A DNA stretch of 59,245 nucleotides, filler included. It is 6 parts of 6 records of this genome, joined end to end, with 100 filler letters (N's around TTAATTAATTAA, not from the genome) between each part and the next. Parts side by side here need not be neighbours in the genome. Positions count along the whole stretch, not along the records: positions 5,914 to 19,411 come from DRR723986_754; 5 more parts are not named here. One strand, 5' to 3'. The notes under the pieces were generated by a model, which was given only the letters and a program-made list of their open reading frames with translations, ran no database searches and had not been told where the DNA came from. A program made the translations under genes and the position numbers. Positions 8,321-17,129 of this stretch are shown here, one piece after another. The first letter of the stretch is position 1; every line of letters starts with the position of its first letter.

Positions 8321-9575
8321 GGCTGATCCCTGGGTGTCGATTGTCGGGCTTGGCGAGGATGGCCTGAACGGCCTTCCCCCCGCAAGTCGTGAAGCGCTGG
8401 ACGGCGCGGAAATCGTCTTTGGTGGGCCCCGGCATCTGGCGCTTGCCGAGGTCGGGGATCGCGGCCACAGCTGGCCTGTGCCGTTCTCGGTCGATCCTGT
8501 GTTGGACCTGCGCGGGCGAAAGGTGGCTGTCTTGGCCTCGGGCGATCCGTTCTGGCACGGCGCAGGCGGATCGCTGGTGCGCCACCTCGCGCCGGAGGAA
8601 TGGCGCTGTTTTCCCGCACCATCGTGCTTTTCGCTGGCCGCCGGGCGGCTCGGATGGAAGATTGAGGACACGATTTGCATGGGCCTGCACGCCGCGCCGT
8701 TCGAGCGGCTGACCCCGGTTCTGCACTCCGGTGCACGCGTTCTGTGTACATTGCGCGACGGGGCGGCAGCGGCGGAGCTGGCGGGCTGGCTGACCGTGCA
8801 GGGCTATGGCCTCTCCAAGCTGACGGTGTGCGAGGCGCTCGGCGGTCCGCGCGAGCGGCTGCGCAGCGTCGACGCTGCGCTTTTCGACCTCGCCGGTGTC
8901 GCCTCCCCCGCCCTTGCCGCGCTCGACATCGCAAGCGACCCGGATGCCGACAGCGCGACGGGGGCCGTGCGTCGACGCACGGCGCAGCGCAACGCGGCAG
9001 CGTTCGCCCCCGGCCTGCCCCGCGCATCTGGCCTGCCTGACGATCTTTTTCAAAGCGACGGCCAGATCACCAAGCGCCCGGTGCGCGCCCTGACCCTGTC
9101 GGCGCTGGTCCCCCGGCCCGGTCAGCATCTATGGGATCTGGGCGCGGGGTCTGGCTCCATCTCTGTGGAATTCTGCCTCGCCGCTCCGGGCGCAACTGCC
9201 ACCGCGCTGGAAGCCCGCGCCGACCGTGTGGAAAATATCCGCGCCAACGCCCATGCCTTCGGGCTTGACCACCGGATCACGACCGTCACGGGCCGCGCAC
9301 CGGATGCCTTGGGTGACCTGCCCGACCCCGACACCGTTTTCGTGGGCGGCGGCGCGACCGAGGATATGCTGACCGCGCTGTGGTCCCGGATGCCAATGGG
9401 CGCGCGTCTGGTGATGAACGCGGTGACCCTGGAAACCGAGGCGCTTCTGATCCGCTGGCATGGCGCCTATGGTGGACATCTTCTGCGCGCAGAGCTGGCA
9501 GAGGCCGGGCCGCTCGGGTCGATGCGCGGATGGGACCGGGCGCGGCCGGTGCTGCAATGGACGGTGACGCGATGA
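8319..9575 (+). CDS. cobL: Precorrin-6Y C5,15-methyltransferase (CbiE+CbiT fusion)
   Basis: VGLGEDG, ASGDPFWHG, DGQITKR and WDLGAGSGSISVE. Confidence 0.95.
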   Translation: MADPWVSIVGLGEDGLNGLPPASREALDGAEIVFGGPRHLALAEVGDRGHSWPVPFSVDPVLDLRGRKVAVLASGDPFWHGAGGSLVRHLAPEEWRCFPAPSCFSLAAGRLGWKIEDTICMGLHAAPFERLTPVLHSGARVLCTLRDGAAAAELAGWLTVQGYGLSKLTVCEALGGPRERLRSVDAALFDLAGVASPALAALDIASDPDADSATGAVRRRTAQRNAAAFAPGLPRASGLPDDLFQSDGQITKRPVRALTLSALVPRPGQHLWDLGAGSGSISVEFCLAAPGATATALEARADRVENIRANAHAFGLDHRITTVTGRAPDALGDLPDPDTVFVGGGATEDMLTALWSRMPMGARLVMNAVTLETEALLIRWHGAYGGHLLRAELAEAGPLGSMRGWDRARPVLQWTVTR

Positions 9576-9940
9576 TCTGGGCTGGCATCGGATTGCGCGA
9601 GGACGCGAGCGACGCGGCTTTCAGCGATGCGCTGGCCCGCGCCGGTCGCCGCCCCGACGCGCTGGCGTGCCTGTCGACCAAGGCAACACCCGCGCTGACC
9701 GCATGGGCAAGGGCCGAAAACCTGCCGCTTGCCCAAATGAGCGAACACGACATCGCGGGCGAACAGACGCTGACCTGTTCCCCCCGGATCAAGGCGCGCT
9801 TTGCCACCGGCTCTGTCGCGGAAGCCTTGGCACTGGCATCGGCCCGCAAAGGCGGTTACAGGGCGCGACTGATCGCCCCGCGCGTGGCCAGCACCTGCGG
9901 CATGGCCACCATCGCGCTGGCAGAGAGGATTGACATATGA
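9572..9940 (+). CDS. cobE: CobE/CbiG C-terminal domain protein
   Basis: MIWAGIGLR...[11 protein letters not shown]...ATIALA; lies between cobL and cobM. Confidence 0.8.
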   Translation: MIWAGIGLREDASDAAFSDALARAGRRPDALACLSTKATPALTAWARAENLPLAQMSEHDIAGEQTLTCSPRIKARFATGSVAEALALASARKGGYRARLIAPRVASTCGMATIALAERIDI

Positions 9941-10722
9941 CCGTACATTTCATCGGCGCAGGCCCCGGCGCGGCGGATCTGATCACCCTTCGCGGACGCG
10001 ACCTGATCGTCGCCTGCCCGGTCTGCCTTTATGCCGGGTCGCTTGTGCCGGAGGAGCTGCTGTCCCATTGCCCCGAGGGCGCGCGGATCGTGAACACCGC
10101 CTCGCTGTCGCTTGATGAGATCGTGGACGAGATCAAGACCGCCCACGCGGCGGGCCATGACGTGGCGCGGCTGCATTCCGGGGATCTGTCGGTCTGGTCG
10201 GCCATGGGCGAACAGCTGCGCCGCCTTCGTGCCGAGGGTATCCCCTATGACGTGACGCCGGGTGTCCCCTCGTTCGCGGCCGCCGCCGCCGCGCTTGGGG
10301 CGGAACTGACCCTGCCCGGTGTTGCGCAATCGCTGATCCTGACCCGCACCTCTGGCCGCGCCAGCGCCATGCCCGAGGGCGAGACACTGGAAAACTTCGC
10401 GCGCACCGGCGCGACGCTGGCCATTCATCTGTCGGTCCATGTGTTGGAGGACGTGGTGACCCGCCTGACCCCCGCCTATGGCCCCGATTGCCCCTGCGCG
10501 GTGATCTGGCGCGCCACATGGCCCGATCAACGCATCGTCAAGGCGACGCTCGCCACGGTCGAGGAGGCCACGGGCGGCGAACGCGGGCGCACGGCGCTGA
10601 TCCTTGTGGGGCCTGCACTGGGCGCAGAGGATTTCGACGAAAGCTGTCTCTATGCGGGTGACTATGACCGTCGCTTCCGCCCTGTAGGCACTGACCCGCG
10701 CTTTCCGGAAACCGTAGACTGA
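9937..10722 (+). CDS. cobM: Precorrin-4 C11-methyltransferase
   Basis: [26 protein letters not shown] and RLHSGDLS. Confidence 0.96.
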   Translation: MTVHFIGAGPGAADLITLRGRDLIVACPVCLYAGSLVPEELLSHCPEGARIVNTASLSLDEIVDEIKTAHAAGHDVARLHSGDLSVWSAMGEQLRRLRAEGIPYDVTPGVPSFAAAAAALGAELTLPGVAQSLILTRTSGRASAMPEGETLENFARTGATLAIHLSVHVLEDVVTRLTPAYGPDCPCAVIWRATWPDQRIVKATLATVEEATGGERGRTALILVGPALGAEDFDESCLYAGDYDRRFRPVGTDPRFPETVD

Positions 10723-12029
10723 TGCCGCGCGGTCTGATCATCTCCGCCCCCGCCTCGGGCACCGGCAAGACCACGCTGACGCTTGGCCTGCTGGCCGCAC
10801 TTCGCGCGCGCGGGCTGACCGTGCAGCCCTACAAAAGCGGGCCGGACTATATCGACCCCGGCTTTCACTCGGCGGCGGCCGGGCGGGCGTCGGTGAATCT
10901 CGACACATGGGCCATGGGCGAGGATATGATCGGCGGCCTGATCGCGGGCGCGGAAGACGCGGACCTGATCGTCGCCGAAGGCTCCATGGGGCTCTTTGAC
11001 GGGGTGGTCAGCGATGGCGAATGCGGCAATGGGGCCAGCGCGCATCTGGCGGCTCTGACGGGATGGCCTGTGGTTCTGGTGCTGGACACGTCCGGGCAGG
11101 CGCAATCGGCGGCGGCGGTGGCCAGGGGCTTTGCCCTGATGCGGCCCGATGTGAAGATCGCGGGCGTGGTGTTGAACCGAGTAGCCTCGCCCCGGCACGA
11201 AGCGATGTTGCGCGCAGGCATGGACGAGGTGGGTATCGAGGTTCTGGGCGCCCTGCCCCGGCAAAAAGAGATCGAAATGCCCTCGCGCCATCTGGGCCTT
11301 GTGCAGGCGGGCGAACAGGCGGAAATGCCCCGCATCCTGGACACGGCTGCACGGTTCGTGGCGGAAAATGTCGATCTCGACCGGGTGCTGGAGATCGCGG
11401 GTGAGACCACGATGACCGGTCAGACGGCTGCCATCACCCCCCCCGGCCAACGCATCGCGCTGGCGCGCGACGGGGCGTTTTCCTTCGTCTATCCGCACCA
11501 GTTGGATGGCTGGAGGCGGGCGGGCGCCGAGATTGTGCCGTTTTCCCCCCTGAACGACGAAGCCCCAGACGACAGCGCCGATATCTGCTGGCTGCCCGGC
11601 GGCTACCCGGAATTGCACGCAGGCCAGCTGGCGGCGGCCGCAATGTTCCGCAAGGGGCTGAAATCCTTCAGCGAAACCCGCCCGGTTCATGGCGAATGCG
11701 GGGGCTACATGGCCATGGGAGAAGCGCTGATCGACAAAGAAGGTACGCGTCATGCAATGGCGGGCCTCCTTGGCCTCGTGACCTCCTACGAGAAGCGCAA
11801 GATGCATCTGGGCTACCGGTTGGCAACGCTTCATGCCGCCATGCCCGGCCACGCCACTGGTGCGCGGCTGCGTGGGCACGAGTTTCATTACTCCACCATT
11901 CTCGACCAGCCCGACGCCCCCTTGGCCGAGGTGGTCGATGCAGGCGGCGCAGCAGTGCCGGAAACCGGATCGCGCCGGGGCCATGCCACCGGCACCTTCT
12001 TTCACCTGATCGCGGAGGCGCAGCGGTAA
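10722..12029 (+). CDS. cobB: Hydrogenobyrinate/cobyrinate a,c-diamide synthase
   Basis: SGTGKTT, KSGPDYIDP, SRHLGL, GGYPELHA, GECGG and GHEFHYS. Confidence 0.96.
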   Translation: MPRGLIISAPASGTGKTTLTLGLLAALRARGLTVQPYKSGPDYIDPGFHSAAAGRASVNLDTWAMGEDMIGGLIAGAEDADLIVAEGSMGLFDGVVSDGECGNGASAHLAALTGWPVVLVLDTSGQAQSAAAVARGFALMRPDVKIAGVVLNRVASPRHEAMLRAGMDEVGIEVLGALPRQKEIEMPSRHLGLVQAGEQAEMPRILDTAARFVAENVDLDRVLEIAGETTMTGQTAAITPPGQRIALARDGAFSFVYPHQLDGWRRAGAEIVPFSPLNDEAPDDSADICWLPGGYPELHAGQLAAAAMFRKGLKSFSETRPVHGECGGYMAMGEALIDKEGTRHAMAGLLGLVTSYEKRKMHLGYRLATLHAAMPGHATGARLRGHEFHYSTILDQPDAPLAEVVDAGGAAVPETGSRRGHATGTFFHLIAEAQR

Positions 12030-12030
12030 G

Positions 12031-12756
12031 ATGACCGGCTTCGTCAGCTTTGTCTCCTCCGGCCCGGGCGACCCCGAGCTTTTGACCCTGAAAGCCGTTG
12101 ACCGGCTGAACCGCGCGGATGCCGTGCTGTTCGACGATTTGTCCGCCGGCCCGATCCTGACCCATGCCCGTGAAGGTGCGGACCTCATCGGCGTGGGCAA
12201 ACGCGCCGGCCGCCCCTCGCCCAAGCAAGACCATGTCAGCCGGTTGCTGGTGGATTATGCCAAGATCGACCAGCGGGTTGTGCGGCTTAAATCCGGCGAT
12301 TCCGGCATCTTTGGCCGGTTGGAGGAGGAAATCACCGCCCTGCGGGCCGAGGGCATCCCGTATGAAATCATTCCCGGCGTCACCTCTGCCTCTGCCGCTG
12401 CCGCCGCCGCCGGCATACCGCTGACCCGCCGCCTGACCGCGCGCCGGGTGCAGTTCGTCACCGGGCACGACGTAACCGGCGCGCTGCCCGAGGGGCTGGA
12501 CCTTGCCGCGCTGGCTGATCCCGGTGCGACCACTGTGGTCTATATGGGCAAGCGCACCTTCGCTGCACTGGTCGACCAGTTGGTGGCGCAGGGCCTGCCT
12601 GCCGATACCCCTGCGCTGTTCGCTGAAAGCGTCTCGACCGAGAACCAGCGGTTGACCCGGTCCACTGTGACCGAACTGGCTGCTGAACTGATGACCTCTG
12701 ACAGCAAACTGCCGGGTCTCATCCTCTATGGGCCGCTGGCCGATGGCGATGTCTGA
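12031..12756 (+). CDS. cobA: Uroporphyrinogen-III C-methyltransferase
   Basis: GPGDPELLTLKA, VGKRAG, RLKSGDSGIFGR and IPLTRR. Confidence 0.92.
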   Translation: MTGFVSFVSSGPGDPELLTLKAVDRLNRADAVLFDDLSAGPILTHAREGADLIGVGKRAGRPSPKQDHVSRLLVDYAKIDQRVVRLKSGDSGIFGRLEEEITALRAEGIPYEIIPGVTSASAAAAAAGIPLTRRLTARRVQFVTGHDVTGALPEGLDLAALADPGATTVVYMGKRTFAALVDQLVAQGLPADTPALFAESVSTENQRLTRSTVTELAAELMTSDSKLPGLILYGPLADGDV

Positions 12757-13072
12757 GATCACGCTGACCATCTGCACCAGCTGTGTGCTTGGGGCATCGG
12801 GCTTTCCAGAGCGTTTGCGCGCGGCCCTGCCCGCGACGCCGCCTGTCAGCGTCAAGACCGTAGAATGCATGTCGGGCTGTCCGCGCCCCTCTGCCGTGGC
12901 GGTGCGAACCGCTGGCAAGACAGCCTATCTGTTCGGCGATCTGACCGAAACGGACCTGCCCCTGATCCTGGCATTCCTGCCGCTTTACGCCGACTCGCCC
13001 GACGGCAACTTCCCCGACGCCCGTGTGATCGGCGACCTCCGGCTCAAGGCCATCGCCCGCATTCCCGGCTGA
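12749..13072 (+). CDS. DUF1636-family Cys-rich putative metal-binding protein
   Basis: ICTSC...ECMSGC.RP...GK..YLFGDL and ARIP C-terminus; this family is common in cob clusters. Confidence 0.8.
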   Translation: MSEITLTICTSCVLGASGFPERLRAALPATPPVSVKTVECMSGCPRPSAVAVRTAGKTAYLFGDLTETDLPLILAFLPLYADSPDGNFPDARVIGDLRLKAIARIPG

Positions 13073-13164
13073 GGCGCGGATTTTGTCACCAAGGTCGTTT
13101 TCAGGCGCAAGCAGGCGTGTTTTGCGCATTGACCCGACAAGTCCCCAAACGGCATAGTGATCCT

Positions 13165-13365
13165 CGTGGTGTCCCAATGGTGCAAAGCATCGGGGCTGAA
13201 ACGGGAACGGGGAAAGGGCGGACCAAGTTGCGGCGCCCAAGGCCCCGACCGCCCCCGCGACTGTGAGCGGCGAGCGGCCTTTCGTTAACCCACTGCCGGG
13301 GCTTCAGGGCACCGGTGGGAAGGGGAAAGGCCGGGCTGTGACCCGCGAGTCAGGAGACCGGCCAC
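13165..13365 (+). promoter_or_regulatory. Cobalamin riboswitch
   Basis: GGT...AAACGGGAA...GCCCCCGCGACTGTGAGC...CCACTG...GGGAAG...GAGTCAGGAGACCGGCC (B12 box) directly upstream of cbtB. Boundaries are approximate. Confidence 0.93.
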
Positions 13366-13416
13366 GGAACGTGAAACCAATGATGCCGTCGGGTGTGACG
13401 GCAAGGAGATAGAAAC

Positions 13417-13587
13417 ATGTCGCAACTGATTGCCACCGGCTCCGCCACGCAGTCCAAGGTCCTCAGCATCCTCTTCGTCGCGCTTCTGGGCGCAGGCGTC
13501 CTGTTCCTTGCAGGTCACGCGCAGTCTGCCGTTCTGCACGATGCCGCCCATGACATGCGCCACGCAACGGGCTTCCCCTGCCACTAA
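13417..13587 (+). CDS. cbtB: Cobalt transporter small subunit (56 aa)
   Basis: Translated by hand: MSQLIATG...one TM...GHAQSAVLHDAAHDMRHATGFPCH; AAGGAG RBS. Confidence 0.93.
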   Translation: MSQLIATGSATQSKVLSILFVALLGAGVLFLAGHAQSAVLHDAAHDMRHATGFPCH

Positions 13588-13608
13588 GGCAGCGGCACGT
13601 TAAATCTC

Positions 13609-14331
13609 ATGTTGATGCGTATGCTGGCCGGCGGGCTGATCGCCGGCTTTGCAGCAGGGTTGTTTGCAACTGTGCTGCATTTCGCTTTTGTGCAGGACAT
13701 CATCCTGCATGCTGAACTTTATGAATCCGGGGATCTGGTCCATTTCGGGGAACCGATGGATCACAGTGCCAGTGCGGGCCACGATGACCATGGCGGTCAT
13801 GGGGATCACGGCAACGGGGCAGACGGCTCTGCCTTTGGCCGCAACGCGCTGACCGTGCTGTTCACCGGGCTTATCTATGCGGGCTACGGGCTGGTTCTTG
13901 TGGCGGGGTATCAGGTGGCCGGACTGTTCGGCCGCACGATTACGCTGCAAGAGGGTGTGCTGTGGGGCATCGCGGGTTTCGCTGCGTTCCAGTTGGCCCC
14001 GGCCATGGGTATGGCACCGGAACTGCCCGGCGCGATCGGGGCGGATATCACCCTGCGTCAATACTGGTGGCTTGGCACGGTCGTGGCAACCGCTGGCGGA
14101 CTGGCCATGATCGGCTATGGCCGCGGCGTCCTGACCGTGATCGCGGGTGCGACACTGGTTGCCCTGCCCCATGCAATCGGCGCGCCGGTTCTGGACGAGT
14201 ATTTCGGCTATGCACCGCCGGAACTGGCCGCCGAGTTCTCGGCCCGTGTTCTGGGCGTGGCGCTGGCGGTCTGGGCTGTTCTTGGCTGGTTGACCGCCAA
14301 GCTTGCGGCACCGAAACCGGACGCAGCCTGA
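13609..14331 (+). CDS. cbtA: Cobalt transporter subunit
   Basis: ILHAELYE, His-rich loop, LAPAMGMAPELPG, RQYWW and PHAIGAP. Confidence 0.92.
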   Translation: MLMRMLAGGLIAGFAAGLFATVLHFAFVQDIILHAELYESGDLVHFGEPMDHSASAGHDDHGGHGDHGNGADGSAFGRNALTVLFTGLIYAGYGLVLVAGYQVAGLFGRTITLQEGVLWGIAGFAAFQLAPAMGMAPELPGAIGADITLRQYWWLGTVVATAGGLAMIGYGRGVLTVIAGATLVALPHAIGAPVLDEYFGYAPPELAAEFSARVLGVALAVWAVLGWLTAKLAAPKPDAA

Positions 14332-14348
14332 CACGCTGGACAACCCAT

Positions 14349-14380
14349 ATGCCCTCCGGTACGCACCGGGGGGCATTTTT
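14349..14380 (+). terminator. Terminator-like hairpin between cbtA and cobF
   Basis: ATGCCCTCCGGT-acgc-ACCGGGGGCAT followed by a T tract. Confidence 0.65.
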
Positions 14381-14392
14381 CATGAGGCCTCC

Positions 14393-15145
14393 ATGATCGC
14401 GCTCGACCTTATCGGCATCGGAACAGGCAATCCGCGTCACCTGACCTTGCAGGCCATTGACGCGATGAACGCGGCCGACCTGATCCTGATCCCGACCAAG
14501 GGGGCGGAAAAGGATGACCTTGCGGGCCTGCGTCGCCAGATCTGCGCCGATATGCTGACAAGTCCGACCACCAAACTGGTAGAGTTCGCCCTGCCCCTGC
14601 GCGACCCCGAAATCACGGATTACCGCGAACGGGTGGATGCCTGGCACGATGCGATTGCGGCGATCTGGGTGGAAACGATCCGCGCGAGTATTGGCGACGG
14701 CCAGCGCGTGGCGTTCCTCGTCTGGGGGGATCCGTCGCTCTACGATTCCACCCTCAGGATCGCGGACCGGGTGGCAGCCCTGCTGCCGCTCCAGGTCCGC
14801 GTCATCCCGGGCATCACCTCGATTCAGGCCCTGACAGCGGCCCATGCCATTCCACTTAACGAGATCAACGGGCCTCTCGTGGTCACCACCGGCCGCCAGA
14901 TCCGCGACAACGGGTTTCCCTCCGCGGCGGACACCGTCGTGGTGATGCTGGATGGCGAACTGAGCTTTCAGGCGCTGGACCCAGAAGGGTTGCGTATCTG
15001 GTGGACGGGCTATGCCGGAATGGAGAACGAGGTTTCCCTGTCGGGACCCGTCGCCTCGGTGACCGAGGCGATTGCGGAGGCTCGAGCCTCCGCCCGCGCG
15101 GCACATGGCTGGATCATGGACATTTATCTCTTGCGCCGGGGTTAG
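14393..15145 (+). CDS. cobF: Precorrin-6A synthase (deacetylating)
   Basis: [36 protein letters not shown] and [12 protein letters not shown]. Confidence 0.95.
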   Translation: MIALDLIGIGTGNPRHLTLQAIDAMNAADLILIPTKGAEKDDLAGLRRQICADMLTSPTTKLVEFALPLRDPEITDYRERVDAWHDAIAAIWVETIRASIGDGQRVAFLVWGDPSLYDSTLRIADRVAALLPLQVRVIPGITSIQALTAAHAIPLNEINGPLVVTTGRQIRDNGFPSAADTVVVMLDGELSFQALDPEGLRIWWTGYAGMENEVSLSGPVASVTEAIAEARASARAAHGWIMDIYLLRRG

Positions 15146-15362
15146 CCTCGCGTCAACGCGAGGCTCTTGCCGCAGGCGCGCGCCTGCGATTTGCGGCCTG
15201 TCGACAGGCCGCCCCCGCTCTCGATTAAGCACCTGCGAAATAGGAATTAAGCCAAGCGAAATCTCTTCAAAACAAACCAGTTGGCTGATCCGAAACCCAC
15301 TGGACGCTACCGGAAATCCCGCGTTAGGGTCGCGCCAACATCCCCCTAGCGGAGCCCCTCCT

Positions 15363-16355
15363 ATGCATCTTGCCCGTTTCCCCCGTCTGCATCTCGCCCA
15401 TCTGCCCACCCCTCTGGAACCCATGCCGCGCCTGTCGAAGGAACTGGGCTGCGAGATCTGGATCAAGCGCGACGATTGCACCGGGATGAGCACCGGTGGC
15501 AACAAGACCCGCAAACTGGAATTCCTGATGGCCGAGGCGGTCGAGATGGGTGCCGACATGGTGATGACCCAGGGCGCGACCCAGACCAACCATGGTCGTC
15601 AGACCGCCGCCTTTGCTGCCAAGCTTGGCATGGCCTGTCATATCCTGCTGGAAGATCGCACCGGCTATAACAACGAGAATTACAACGGCAACGGCAACGT
15701 GCTGCTCGACCACCTGCACGGCGCCACAACCGAGAAATTCCCAGGCGGTACCGACATGGTGGCCGAGATGGAAAAGGCCGCCGAAGCCGCGCGTGCAAAT
15801 GGCAAGAAGGTCTATGTCATTCCCGGTGGCGGATCGAACCCGACTGGCGCGCTTGGCTATGTGAACTGCGCGTTCGAGCTGGTCGGTCAGGCCAATGACC
15901 GCAGCCTGGTCATCGACCGGCTGGTGCATGCCACCGGATCCTCTGGCACCCAGGCCGGGCTGGTCACCGGCATGAAAGCTATCAATGCGGGCATTCCGGT
16001 GCTTGGGATCGGCACCCGCGCGCCGCAGCCGAAACAGGAACAGATGGTCTATGACCTTGCCTGCCGCACGGCGGAAAAACTGGGCTGCCCCGGCGTGGTT
16101 GCACGTGAAGACGTGATGGCCAACACCGATTACGTCGGCGAGGGATATGGCCTGCCGACCGACAGCGGGCTGGAGGCGATCCGCATGTTCGCAGAGCTGG
16201 AAGGCATCCTTCTCGACCCGGTCTATTCCGGCAAGGGCGCTGCAGGCTTCATCGACCTGGCGCGCAAGGGCGCGTTCAAGGATCAGCGCGTGGTGTTCCT
16301 GCATACCGGGGGCGCCGTCGGCCTCTTTGGCTATGACTTCGCGTTCGGCAAGTAG
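15363..16355 (+). CDS. cuyA: PLP-dependent cysteate sulfo-lyase (D-cysteine desulfhydrase/ACC deaminase family)
   Basis: [50 protein letters not shown] and LDPVYS. Closely resembles my recollection of Ruegeria pomeroyi CuyA; racemase adjacent. Confidence 0.8.
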   Translation: MHLARFPRLHLAHLPTPLEPMPRLSKELGCEIWIKRDDCTGMSTGGNKTRKLEFLMAEAVEMGADMVMTQGATQTNHGRQTAAFAAKLGMACHILLEDRTGYNNENYNGNGNVLLDHLHGATTEKFPGGTDMVAEMEKAAEAARANGKKVYVIPGGGSNPTGALGYVNCAFELVGQANDRSLVIDRLVHATGSSGTQAGLVTGMKAINAGIPVLGIGTRAPQPKQEQMVYDLACRTAEKLGCPGVVAREDVMANTDYVGEGYGLPTDSGLEAIRMFAELEGILLDPVYSGKGAAGFIDLARKGAFKDQRVVFLHTGGAVGLFGYDFAFGK

Positions 16356-16356
16356 G

Positions 16357-17034
16357 ATGCGCCGGGTCGGCATCCTTGGGGGGATGGGGCCGGAGGCCAC
16401 GATCCTGATGCAGCAACGTCTGCTTCAGGCAATCCCGGCTCAGGATGATTCCGATCACATTCCGCTGCTGATCGACATGAACCCGCAGGCGCCCTCACGC
16501 ATTGCGCATCTGATCGAGGGCACCGGCGGCGATCCTGCTCCGGTGCTGGCGCAAATGGCGCGGCGACTGGAAACCGGCGGGGCCGAGGCGCTGGCGATGC
16601 CCTGCAACACCGCCCATTCCTACGCTGCCAGCATCACCTCGGCGGTCGAAATCCCGCTGCTGAACATGGTTACGCTGTCGGCGGAACGGGCCGGGCCCGG
16701 CAAGGTCGGCATCCTCGCCTCGCCAGCCACGCGCATCACCGGCGTCTTTGACACTGCGCTGGCCAAGGTCGGTGCAACCCCGGTCTGGCTGATGGACGAC
16801 GCCCCGCTGCTGCATGCCATCCGCATCATCAAGGCCAATGGGGCGACGGTCGAGGCGCGTCATATCCTTCGCGCCGCGTCCGAGGACCTGCTGGCCAGTG
16901 GCGCGGAGACGCAGCTTGTCGGCTGTTCGGAGTTTTCGCTGATTGCGGACGCCACCAGTGCCGAGGCCCGCATGATCGACACGCTCGATGTCCTGGTCGA
17001 CGCGGTCGTGGCCTTCGCCGCATCCAAGGACTGA
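16357..17034 (+). CDS. Cofactor-independent Asp/Glu racemase family protein, probable cysteate racemase
   Basis: GILGGMGPEAT, MPCNTAH and GCSEFS (two catalytic Cys); starts 1 nt after the cuyA stop. Confidence 0.85.
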   Translation: MRRVGILGGMGPEATILMQQRLLQAIPAQDDSDHIPLLIDMNPQAPSRIAHLIEGTGGDPAPVLAQMARRLETGGAEALAMPCNTAHSYAASITSAVEIPLLNMVTLSAERAGPGKVGILASPATRITGVFDTALAKVGATPVWLMDDAPLLHAIRIIKANGATVEARHILRAASEDLLASGAETQLVGCSEFSLIADATSAEARMIDTLDVLVDAVVAFAASKD

Positions 17035-17129
17035 AACCGACCAATCGTCGGCCTTTCACGTCGCCGCTTGGCAACCGGAGGAAGCGCGAGCGCCGCTAGG
17101 CTGAACCTGTGACAGACAGGAGCAACCCG

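Noticed and set aside
13740..13830. His-rich stretch in CbtA
   Set aside because: This is an expected feature of cobalt transporters.
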